Source: Nitrosopumilus sp. (lineage in GTDB: Archaea; Thermoproteota; Nitrososphaeria; Nitrososphaerales; Nitrosopumilaceae). Taken from it: a DNA stretch of 64,000 nt. Below the pieces are notes generated by a model. The model did no database searches, was not told the DNA's origin, and saw nothing but the letters and a program-made list of their open reading frames with translations. Made by a program: the position numbers and the translations under genes. The stretch covers positions 128,001 to 192,000 of the forward strand of contig OY759726.1 in NCBI GenBank assembly GCA_963662625.1. The letters are read 5' to 3'. This document shows, one piece after another, positions 17,963-25,975 of this stretch. Numbering within the stretch: position 1 is the first letter of the stretch; each line of letters starts with the position of its first letter.

Positions 17963-19639
17963 TCAGACCCTGGATGGGGAGGGAGCCCCACCCTTCCCTG
18001 CTCGGCTCGCAAGAATCACGTTTGCGACTTCCAGGCGGGTCCTCTGCTCCGCTAGGAGCTTGGACCTGCCCGGGAAGGGCCTGCAGGTTTCGAGTTCGGA
18101 GGCGAAGTCCTTCACCGCGCGGAGGAAGGCGTCAGCCATCTCCGGGGTGGCGCTTCGGATCATCCCCACGACCTCGGCCGAACCGATCAATGCGTTGTTG
18201 GTCTCGGGGTAAGAGTCCTCACCCCACCAGTACTTCTCGCCAAGGCGGTTCCCCTTGACGTATTGCAGGGCGGCGCGGTAGTTCGCGCCTCCCCCGTAGA
18301 GGGCCATCTCCCTGGCGCGGGAGAGGATCTTCCTCTTGGTGCCGACAGATTCCCTGACGGAGTCAGGGTTCGGGTGGGAGCGGAGCCCGTCCAGCTCGCC
18401 CTTGATGGTCCCGATGATCCGCTTGAGTCGGGGAAGGTCGGCCTCCTCCACCTCTCGGATCTGCTCCCCGAACGTCAGGGAGTCTTGGGGTTCCGGGCTG
18501 GGGCTGCTCCGCCTCCCGGCTCGGGCGGCGATCCCATCAGGGCGCCCGACGCAGTCCGCGCCGCGGACGCTGTCCCCCCAGCTCTTCCCGGTGGGAACGC
18601 GCTGGCCGCGCCCCCTCATCCCGACCTCGCGGCGCCTAGAGCGGCCGGCGACGCCAGGTTCGTACTCTGGGGAGCGCGTCCCGGAAGCCGGAACGGCCGG
18701 CAGCGCGCCGTCCCCGAACTCCGCGGACTTGAACGCGTCCACGGACTCGAGCCTCGCGGCCCCCATCTCCCTGGTCACCACCGCGTGGAGTCCGTGGCCG
18801 GGCGCCACCGCCGCCTTACGCGAGGACCTCGCGGCCCTGAAGGCGGAGGCGGTGAGGCACTTTGCGGCGTCTGCCAGCGTGCACTGCGGCTCCCCGGTCC
18901 AGGTGGTCGTGCCAAGGTACTCGCCGGACGTCCCGAACGCGTACCCCTTCACTGGCCTGGCGGGTTCCGCGGCCCGCTCCTGTGCCGCCCACCCATTGCC
19001 GTAGTACGGCTTGGGCGCGCGCCTCTGGCGCCTCTCGGCCATGCGGGTGGAGTGCTCGTCCATCAGGGCGAACTGCACCTCCTTGCCCTCGGGCACCTTC
19101 TCCATCTCAACGATGGGGGTGCCGCGGTTATGGTGGACGATGTCCCCGATCTCGACCCCATCGATTGGGAGTGAGATCACGTCGTCGTTCCACCTGGTGA
19201 CGTGGAGCGCGCCGCCCTTCCCGTCCTTGAAAATCACGGACGAGAAGGAGCCTCCAGTGGTGTCCTCCCCCACGCAGTTGACGAAGTCGTCTATCGCCCC
19301 GTCGTCATACGGCACCTCGAAGGCATCCATGCTGGTCTCGATGGTCTCGAGCGAGTGCCATTGCGCCAGCGGGCTCCTTTTCAGTTTCAGGATCTCCCCG
19401 GTGCCCAGCATCTCGATCCCGTCTAGGGTCAAGACTGCCAGGGAAGTCCCCTTGCAGTGGAACCGGATCCCGGTCCCATCCCTGCTTGCCTGCACCGGGA
19501 CCTTTAGTCCCAGCTTGCTCCTTATGCGCTTGCACACATGGGAGACTTTGTACTGCTCGCCGCCGACAATGATCATGCCGTTGGCGCTTCCCTTTTTGGG
19601 TCTGCTACTTGTGTTTGGATTTTTTTGATCGCATTTCAT
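17963..19639 (-). CDS. Hypothetical multidomain protein
   Basis: GGAGGTG SD; shared N-terminal domain; AALQYVKGNRLG..SYPE resembles AALQKYIDDNMLG..AYPE in the 15996 ORF. Confidence 0.75.
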   Translation of the reverse strand: MKCDQKNPNTSSRPKKGSANGMIIVGGEQYKVSHVCKRIRSKLGLKVPVQASRDGTGIRFHCKGTSLAVLTLDGIEMLGTGEILKLKRSPLAQWHSLETIETSMDAFEVPYDDGAIDDFVNCVGEDTTGGSFSSVIFKDGKGGALHVTRWNDDVISLPIDGVEIGDIVHHNRGTPIVEMEKVPEGKEVQFALMDEHSTRMAERRQRRAPKPYYGNGWAAQERAAEPARPVKGYAFGTSGEYLGTTTWTGEPQCTLADAAKCLTASAFRAARSSRKAAVAPGHGLHAVVTREMGAARLESVDAFKSAEFGDGALPAVPASGTRSPEYEPGVAGRSRRREVGMRGRGQRVPTGKSWGDSVRGADCVGRPDGIAARAGRRSSPSPEPQDSLTFGEQIREVEEADLPRLKRIIGTIKGELDGLRSHPNPDSVRESVGTKRKILSRAREMALYGGGANYRAALQYVKGNRLGEKYWWGEDSYPETNNALIGSAEVVGMIRSATPEMADAFLRAVKDFASELETCRPFPGRSKLLAEQRTRLEVANVILASRAGKGGAPSPSRV

Positions 19640-19690
19640 GAATCAATACACCTCCAATTGGCGTCGGTGACCGGTCAAGCCGGCCATGGA

Positions 19691-19893
19691 GCCATTCCGG
19701 ACTCCCGTGCTGAGAAAGAAAACTCAGTGGGTTTGGGGGGATCGCTCCCCCCGCGTCGCGACACGGATGATGTCGCGCCCCCGTCCGGGGGCCGGGCCGT
19801 GGAATCGGCCCTCGGGTTCCACACCGGCCTGCCTGTCAGCCCTCTCGGGTAACGCCGGTTTGAACTCGGATGTCAGGTCACGAAAAAATGGTT
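19691..19893 (-). repeat. Leader repeat, copy 2
   Basis: Matches 16955..17157. Confidence 0.9.
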
Positions 19894-19910
19894 TGGGAAT
19901 GCTGAGGGTG

Positions 19911-20627
19911 TCAGCACCCGTGAACCCTGGCCCACACCTCGCCGCCGAATGAGCTGCCGCTGCAAGCCGACCTCGCCAACTCCGCGCCGCCTGACTGCAG
20001 CAGCAGGGCGTTGACCGAGACGCCGGTCCCGGACTGGCCGCACCAGACCTTGGCGTATGGCGAGCCGTACCCGTCGGTTCCGAGCCCCACGTCAATGACG
20101 TAGAGGGCGGGGCCGCCGACCGGGCAGAAGGAGTTCAGGGCGGAGTACGCCCCCCCATAGTGGGCGTTGGTCCTGACCATCGTGAGGTTCAGGATCCTGC
20201 CGTTTATGGAGAGGGTGTCCGGATCGATGATCCGGTCCACGCCGCCTGCCGTCGCCTGCCCAATGTCGGGCGGGTCCGAGTAGTCGTGGGCCGTTTCGGC
20301 CCCGTCCAACTCGGAGCAGAGGGAGAGCCCGCACACGACCCTTCCGGCGTCTCCCGCCGGTTCAGGCTCCTCCTCCGGAACCGGCTCCTCCACCGCCGCA
20401 GGCGCTTCTGGCGCCGGGTCGGGGAGGGAGACGTTCAGGATTTGGGGCCCGCAGGACGAGTGGGAGCACTGGCCTTCGCTGACAACCCTGTCCGCCGCCG
20501 GCGCGCTCCAGGAACCATGGGCACCCATCCCGCCGTTAAGGTAGGCAAAGCCGACCGAAAAGGCAAGGACCATGACCATGGCCACCAGGGACGCGACGAT
20601 GACGTTTCTAACAAAGTTGCTTGCCAT
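19911..20627 (-). CDS. Membrane-anchored SNase-fold paralog with degenerate active site
   Basis: TM segment plus RIIDPDTL...VWC...VNALLLQSG; paralog of the 17156 ORF lacking DGDT, R and PE. Confidence 0.75.
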   Translation of the reverse strand: MASNFVRNVIVASLVAMVMVLAFSVGFAYLNGGMGAHGSWSAPAADRVVSEGQCSHSSCGPQILNVSLPDPAPEAPAAVEEPVPEEEPEPAGDAGRVVCGLSLCSELDGAETAHDYSDPPDIGQATAGGVDRIIDPDTLSINGRILNLTMVRTNAHYGGAYSALNSFCPVGGPALYVIDVGLGTDGYGSPYAKVWCGQSGTGVSVNALLLQSGGAELARSACSGSSFGGEVWARVHGC

Positions 20628-20775
20628 CTTCTATCTCCTGTATTTTCGCCCTCCACACCGGCCTGCCTGTCAGCCGCCTTCGCGGTATTGCCGGTTTGAG
20701 GATGAATGTCAGGTCACAAAAATAGAGGGTTCCACCGCCAAGTGGCGGGTGGTGTCGGGGCCGCCTGGCGGCCCG

Positions 20776-20964
20776 TCAGTCGAACAGACTGTAGAACTGG
20801 CTGTCTGTAAGACGTGGGACTTCGCGGGTCTCGGAGTACATGTTTGACACGTACCTGCCGTGTTCCGGAAGGTAGATGCCCTTCCCCGGAACGTATCTCC
20901 CGATGCCCTGCAGTATGCGGGCGACGTCCCTGTGAGAGTGGCCCTCTGCCACTGAAGTTGCCAT
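20776..20964 (-). CDS. Small hypothetical protein (62 aa) directly after hammerhead 1
   Basis: ATG begins 1 nt after the predicted ribozyme cleavage site. Confidence 0.65.
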   Translation of the reverse strand: MATSVAEGHSHRDVARILQGIGRYVPGKGIYLPEHGRYVSNMYSETREVPRLTDSQFYSLFD

Positions 20965-21010
20965 GGACCCCGTTCCGGGGTTTCGGCCATCAAGGCCTCG
21001 TCAGCATGGC
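20960..21010 (-). ncRNA. Type I hammerhead ribozyme 1
   Basis: gccaug CUGACGA ggcc-uugau-ggcc GAAA cccc-ggaac-gggg UC^ cauggc: complete core and three perfect stems. Confidence 0.92.
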
Positions 21011-21049
21011 TTCGTTTAGCGAAAAAAGGGGGAGGGTCCCCCGGGGTGG

Positions 21050-21646
21050 CTACCGCCTGCCGCCCATGCCGTCCCGGAGCCTTTGCCAGCGGGACTTTTT
21101 CGGTTCCACGACCTTTTTGGCGCAGAACTCGAGCCGCCGGAGGACCCCGCGGGGGAGGCACTCTTCCAGGTCAGACCTGGACTCCCCCCGGAGCAGCTGC
21201 TCCAGAACCGCCTTGCACTCGGCCGGCCCCATGGCTTGGAATTGCTCCCTGTACCAATCGGAACCGCGGAAGTCCGGCGGGTTGCAGACCAGGCACTCCT
21301 CCTCGTACTCGTCCCCGTGGGGATTGACGTGGTCGTGCGCGTCCGCTTGATCCTTTTCGATCAGTTTGGCGCCCAGCAGGTTCTGCTCGACCACCCGAGC
21401 CGATGGGAGTTCCCTCCATCCGGTGCCGATTGGCTTCCCGGAGACTACGTCCGTCAGTACGTCGCCGTCACTTATGGCGACAACATCGTTCTTGCAATAA
21501 AATTTGCAGGTTTGGCCCTCTGGGCCGGCTTGGGCGCGTACGGCGTCGTCGAGGCCTAGCCTCTCCTGTACGTGCTTGCAGACGCTTTTGGTTAAGAACG
21601 TCCTATCTCCTATGGAGATTTGCTTCATGACTGTTTGTTTTGCCAT
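21050..21646 (-). CDS. Hypothetical protein with the shared N-terminal domain, directly after hammerhead 2
   Basis: ISIGDRTF..SVC..VQ.RLGL...FYC; no SD sequence. Confidence 0.75.
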   Translation of the reverse strand: MAKQTVMKQISIGDRTFLTKSVCKHVQERLGLDDAVRAQAGPEGQTCKFYCKNDVVAISDGDVLTDVVSGKPIGTGWRELPSARVVEQNLLGAKLIEKDQADAHDHVNPHGDEYEEECLVCNPPDFRGSDWYREQFQAMGPAECKAVLEQLLRGESRSDLEECLPRGVLRRLEFCAKKVVEPKKSRWQRLRDGMGGRR

Positions 21647-21695
21647 GCGACGCCCGTGTCGGGCGTTTCGACCATTCAGGTCTCATCAGGCAGGC
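21642..21695 (-). ncRNA. Type I hammerhead ribozyme 2
   Basis: gccugc CUGAUGA gacc-ugaau-gguc GAAA cgccc-gacac-gggcg UC^ gca(u)ggc. Confidence 0.88.
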
Positions 21696-21715
21696 TGTCT
21701 GGGCGTCTTTCAAAA

Positions 21716-21723
21716 ATTAAATA
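21716..21723 (-). promoter_or_regulatory. TATA box heading the leftward region
   Basis: TATTTAAT about 21 nt upstream of the 5' end of hammerhead 2. Confidence 0.55.
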
Positions 21724-22359
21724 CTCGGGGGTCCAACATCAGGTGGTGGGGGCTCAGTTGTCGTAATATCCAACTGTGTTCATCATGGAACAGTCAGTTG
21801 TCGTTTCATTCATCATCGCCCTCACCATCCAAGCCCGTCCCAAGGGACGGCCATCCCAAATCGAACACTAAAATAACTCAGGGGCCGCCTGGAGGTGGCG
21901 AGGGGTCAGATTTAGAATCAAATCACCATGTGATTCATAGTGCAAATCGTTCATCATCCCCCTCGCCTTGGAAACTTCAGGCCTGAATCGCCCCAAAACC
22001 GTGTACCTCCTGACGGGGGACACCTCTCCCCGGCTCCGGGAAATGTCCCTGTGACGGGAATGTTTGGTCGGCATGAAAAATCCAGCAGGGAAGATAGGGG
22101 GTTTACTAGGGTCCGATTTTGTGTTTGGTGTTTTGTTCCTATTTCGACCGGAACGCCCACCATAACCGCGAAGGATACTAGGGAGTTCGGGTTTTGTCGG
22201 AGCCCGCAGACGTCCTCCCCCGCAGGGTATATGGATCGCGCCGTCCCGGGGTTGCCAACGGGGCCACTGGCTGCCGGCGCGGCCGCGCCGTACAGGAACG
22301 TGGCACGTGCCACCAGGAATCCAAGACCCGCGTTAAATATCACTGCCGTTGTGTCCAGT

Positions 22360-22650
22360 GTGCCTGGGGCCATATTCAACACCGGGAGGAAGAGGAGGCT
22401 GCTGGACTCCCCAGACTCGCTGACCCCCAGGCAGCGGGCCAGGATCACCTACGCGGCAAAGGCGTCCATCCGCTCGGCGGTGGCTGACATGAGGGCAATC
22501 CTGGAGTCCGACAACGAGGCCCTGGGGTCGTTCCTGCTGGGGGAGCTTGCCTCCCTGCCTGGGACAGGGAGGATGCCGGGGGATCCGGAGGCCGGGGACA
22601 CAGTCGTGGACGACGGGGAGGAGTTCTGGACCGGCGCGGTGGAACTGTGA
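22360..22650 (+). CDS. Small hypothetical protein (96 aa)
   Basis: GTG about 21 nt after a TTAAAT box (22333-22338). Confidence 0.55.
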   Translation: MPGAIFNTGRKRRLLDSPDSLTPRQRARITYAAKASIRSAVADMRAILESDNEALGSFLLGELASLPGTGRMPGDPEAGDTVVDDGEEFWTGAVEL

Positions 22651-22837
22651 GGCGTTGAATGCAGGCTCAGTGGTTGTGCGTGCCCGCGTGCCGAATCTGC
22701 CGACGCGCCTTCAGCGCCCTGTGGGGCCCAGCCTTCCCCGCGGGAACGCGTCCCGCATTCCCAAGCCACCCCAACAGGAACCAAGTCTGACCACCCACAT
22801 CATTAATTACCGTGCCCCACCCAAAATCACCAGAAAC

Positions 22838-23410
22838 ATGATCGCAGTTGAGATATACTATGTGCTTTTGGGCGCCGGAGTGGGCGCATTCACCTCGTTT
22901 CTAGGGAACTGCGCACTGGCAAAAATTACCGAAAGGAAGGAAACCGAAAGGACAAAGTCGGTGCTGAAAAAGGAGTTCCGGTGGATGTACAAAATACTGC
23001 TGAACAACCTTGTGGTTTGTGACATAATCAGGAATTCAGAACCCGGAGAGCGTGACGATTTCACAAAGTATTCTGTCCTTGGGCACATTCTGGTGGGCGG
23101 CGCCGTCCTGGACTCGTTAATGTCAAGCGGCTCCATACTGAGGCTCAAGCCCGAAGAGATCGGAAGGGTGAAAGCCATAGGAAATAACGTGGCCGCCTAC
23201 GACAACATGGTGGAATGGCTCCGGAACCGGCCGGAAAGGTTCAGCCCGGACGAATTGCTGGACACCATGAATAAGATAGAATCCGAGACCAAGCGAACCA
23301 TAGAATCGCTGGACTCGTTCAAATCCGAATGGATCGACATGGAGAAGGCCAAAAGGGAGGCCGGGGAGGAACTGAAACGCCACTCCGAGGATTGGACCCC
23401 GTTCTCCTAA
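22838..23410 (+). CDS. Hypothetical protein with N-terminal TM segment
   Basis: MIAVEIYYVLLGAGVGAFTSFLG; lower-GC codon usage. Confidence 0.7.
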   Translation: MIAVEIYYVLLGAGVGAFTSFLGNCALAKITERKETERTKSVLKKEFRWMYKILLNNLVVCDIIRNSEPGERDDFTKYSVLGHILVGGAVLDSLMSSGSILRLKPEEIGRVKAIGNNVAAYDNMVEWLRNRPERFSPDELLDTMNKIESETKRTIESLDSFKSEWIDMEKAKREAGEELKRHSEDWTPFS

Positions 23411-23513
23411 ACCCCGGTGCCTACAAGGCCAGCCTGGGAGGGGCTTCAAAGCCCGCTTTTAAACGGCGCGTGCCAACTATGCTGGTAACCGGAAGTGGCA
23501 CCGGTGGGTGGAA

Positions 23514-24461
23514 CTACCGCAGTCCGTAAGGCCCGACAAACCGTTCCCCGTCAAAGTGGATCATGTGGTCCGGGTCGTCGGCAACCCACACCTCGGTCTC
23601 CCACGATATGTCAGACGCGTATTTTCTCATGGTGTCCCTGTCTGCAAATGCCGTAACGTATACGATTCCGGCCTTAGCCCCAGAGAACATCCCCTGAAGC
23701 TCCCTTCTCCTCTTTGTGTCTACAGGGCCATGGCTTGTGACGGCCTCAATGACAAAAATCCATTCCCGCACCGTGTCGTACATCACCATGTCCGGCATCT
23801 TGCCGTGTGGATCCAGATTGACCCCGAGTTTTGAGAGTAAATTCCGGTCAAAGTACGCGAACTTTTTTGCAGTGTCGCCGACATATACGGGCACATGCTT
23901 CTTCATGAACCTGGAGGTGAATTCGACGTAGATGTCCCTCACGAGGTGGCTGTGTTCCCCGGCAGACAGACGAACCGTCTCCGCCGGTGAAACGTGTATG
24001 GAAACCGCCCCGTCCCTCCTCCTGTATGGGGTTCCCCCATGCCGCAATGGGTGCGTTGCAAGGTACATTTCGAGGTGCTTCTTCCAGGTCTTTTCCCCGT
24101 AGCTTTGCATCAGCTTTAGCGATTCCGGGGTGATCTGGTAGACGGTCTTGCCGCTGTTGGTTGGCCTGTCCGGATTGTCCGGGTTTTCTGATATCAGCGA
24201 CGCGTGCAGGAACTGGTGGATCGTCTGCCTCCGCACCGTCTCACGTGAGTTCGGCGCGTACCTCTTTCCGTAATGTTCCGCAAAGAAGTCCATCATCGGC
24301 GTGATCCCACGGAGCGGGTTTTTTGCCTTCTTCCATGTCCCGTCAGGCCTCAAGTCCAGCAGCGCAAGAAGCGTGAGCGCCGACCTGACGTTTTGCTGTC
24401 TTTTCGGGAGCCCGATCTGTTTCAGGACGTCCAATGCCTCCTCTACCCTTGGATGGATCAA
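23514..24461 (-). CDS. BsuBI/PstI-family type II restriction endonuclease (315 aa)
   Basis: YAPNSRETVRRQTIHQF; HGKMPD...IEAVTSHGP; ISWETEVW...HMIHFDG. TTGA overlap with the MTase stop. Confidence 0.92.
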   Translation of the reverse strand: MIHPRVEEALDVLKQIGLPKRQQNVRSALTLLALLDLRPDGTWKKAKNPLRGITPMMDFFAEHYGKRYAPNSRETVRRQTIHQFLHASLISENPDNPDRPTNSGKTVYQITPESLKLMQSYGEKTWKKHLEMYLATHPLRHGGTPYRRRDGAVSIHVSPAETVRLSAGEHSHLVRDIYVEFTSRFMKKHVPVYVGDTAKKFAYFDRNLLSKLGVNLDPHGKMPDMVMYDTVREWIFVIEAVTSHGPVDTKRRRELQGMFSGAKAGIVYVTAFADRDTMRKYASDISWETEVWVADDPDHMIHFDGERFVGPYGLR

Positions 24462-25975
24462 TGCCTCCCCGCCACCTGGCCGGACAGCAGTCCGCCTACC
24501 GCCCCGTCTATCTCGTCTTGGCCCATCCAACACGCGGTGCGCCGCCCAAGGCTCCCAATCTGCCTCTTGGACGGGTACCTCAGGTACCTCAAATCTGCGG
24601 CGTTGACCTGCGTGCTCCCGTTGAACTGTCGAAAATAGGCATCGACCGCGCTGGAGTTTAGAAAGGCCCACAGTCCTTGCGCCACATTGCCCGCAAGTGG
24701 ACCGCCGCCACTGTGAAAATAATTCACCCTGTTTTCAAAGCCCACCAGATCGGAATCGTGCTCACTGCCGCTCCACACGGATGCCGTGACTCTCCTCCTC
24801 TGTTCTACCGTGGTGAAGCGTTTCACCAGGACGTAGTGGCCATTGGCGACTAGGAGTTTTTTTGACCTTTCGCTTGGCGCGATAAAGTTACAGTGCTTTG
24901 TGTTCCTGCCAGGAAACTGTGTCTTCCCGTCAGATATGTTGAATGGCCTGACCAGGGGGACCGCGTCCTCCCCGTCAGAGAATCTGAGGTCGTCGCTTAT
25001 CCTGAAATCCACCACCTTTCCGGTGGAGACCTCGACGCCAATGTCGCTGAGCGTGCATGGGAGCCGGCGCATCATCTCGGATATCCGCGCCCCAGCCTCG
25101 TCTGGCACTATGTGTATGAACATGTGCGGATCGTCGCCGAACACGATGTCGGATTTTTCCACGCGCCTTTGCACCATGTCGTCCGCCGGGCCAACACTGG
25201 CGGACACCACGGCCTTCCTGTTGGCGCCGTTCTTTCTGGCGCATATTATCACGTTCTCCTGGAGCACCCCGTCGTCACTGAACGATGATGTCCTCGACCT
25301 GAACAGATGGATCCTTTTCGGGGACATCGATCCGAGGAAATCCCTCCTGAAAGGATGGAAATAGGCGCCGTTGCAGAAGCTCCGTGGCGAGATGAATGTC
25401 ATCTGGCCTCCCGTGCCTAGCAGGTTGTGGGAGATGGCGATGAACGCTGAATACATGTTTGTCGTCTGTAACCCGACGCCGCGCAGCGTACCATACGTGT
25501 CTGATGACACGTTGATCTTTTGGTACGGGGGGTTCATTATGACATGCGTGAAACCTCCGGAGAGGGCGTCAGCCGAGGCCGCATAGTCATCAATAAAGTC
25601 CCTCTTCTCCAGGATGCCGGAGAACTCCACCCCGACGTCCCGACACGCGTCGCCGGCATGCCCCAGCGCCGCGTCTATGCCGCCGGATAGTGCGCCATCT
25701 ACCTCGTAGGCCACCACATGTATCGAGTCAGGCAGTCGCCTCCTGTCACATATGCGCTGGACGCACGCGGTGAAGAGGGAACCGGCGCCGGCCCCTGGAT
25801 CAAGGATCCGGATGTCCTTTTGGGAATAGTCCATCATCGATGCCATGAGGTTGGCGACGGAGGGGCTGGAGAAGTACTGCCCGAGCTTTTCCTTTTTTGC
25901 AAGATTTTTGCCTAGCGATTGCCTTGCCGTGCAGGTTCGTTCCAGGAACCCGACGCCCTGCGCTGTGGCGGTCAC
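24458..25975 (-). CDS. N6-adenine DNA methyltransferase (BsuBI/PstI/Eco57I-like)
   Basis: LGQYFS, ILDPGAGAG, NPPY, FRQFNGSTQVNAADLR. Confidence 0.93.
   Translation of the reverse strand: MTATAQGVGFLERTCTARQSLGKNLAKKEKLGQYFSSPSVANLMASMMDYSQKDIRILDPGAGAGSLFTACVQRICDRRRLPDSIHVVAYEVDGALSGGIDAALGHAGDACRDVGVEFSGILEKRDFIDDYAASADALSGGFTHVIMNPPYQKINVSSDTYGTLRGVGLQTTNMYSAFIAISHNLLGTGGQMTFISPRSFCNGAYFHPFRRDFLGSMSPKRIHLFRSRTSSFSDDGVLQENVIICARKNGANRKAVVSASVGPADDMVQRRVEKSDIVFGDDPHMFIHIVPDEAGARISEMMRRLPCTLSDIGVEVSTGKVVDFRISDDLRFSDGEDAVPLVRPFNISDGKTQFPGRNTKHCNFIAPSERSKKLLVANGHYVLVKRFTTVEQRRRVTASVWSGSEHDSDLVGFENRVNYFHSGGGPLAGNVAQGLWAFLNSSAVDAYFRQFNGSTQVNAADLRYLRYPSKRQIGSLGRRTACWMGQDEIDGAVGGLLSGQVAGRH

Noticed and set aside
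17082-20722. Motif X or other repeats as a CRISPR array
   Set aside because: Copies are 0.8-2 kb apart and separated by genes; there is no repeat-spacer periodicity and no cas operon.
69-21559. Numerous plus-strand ORFs in the left region
   Set aside because: They are antisense shadows of GC3-rich minus-strand genes with no recognisable motifs.
21687-21695. 9-nt complementarity between hammerhead 2 (GCCUGCCUG) and motif X (CAGGCAGGC)
   Set aside because: Too short to distinguish from chance in GC-rich sequence; noted only.
23514-25975. Avoidance of CTGCAG as support for PstI-like specificity
   Set aside because: CTGCAG occurs repeatedly in the window (for example near 2444, 5253 and 8590), so specificity cannot be inferred from depletion.
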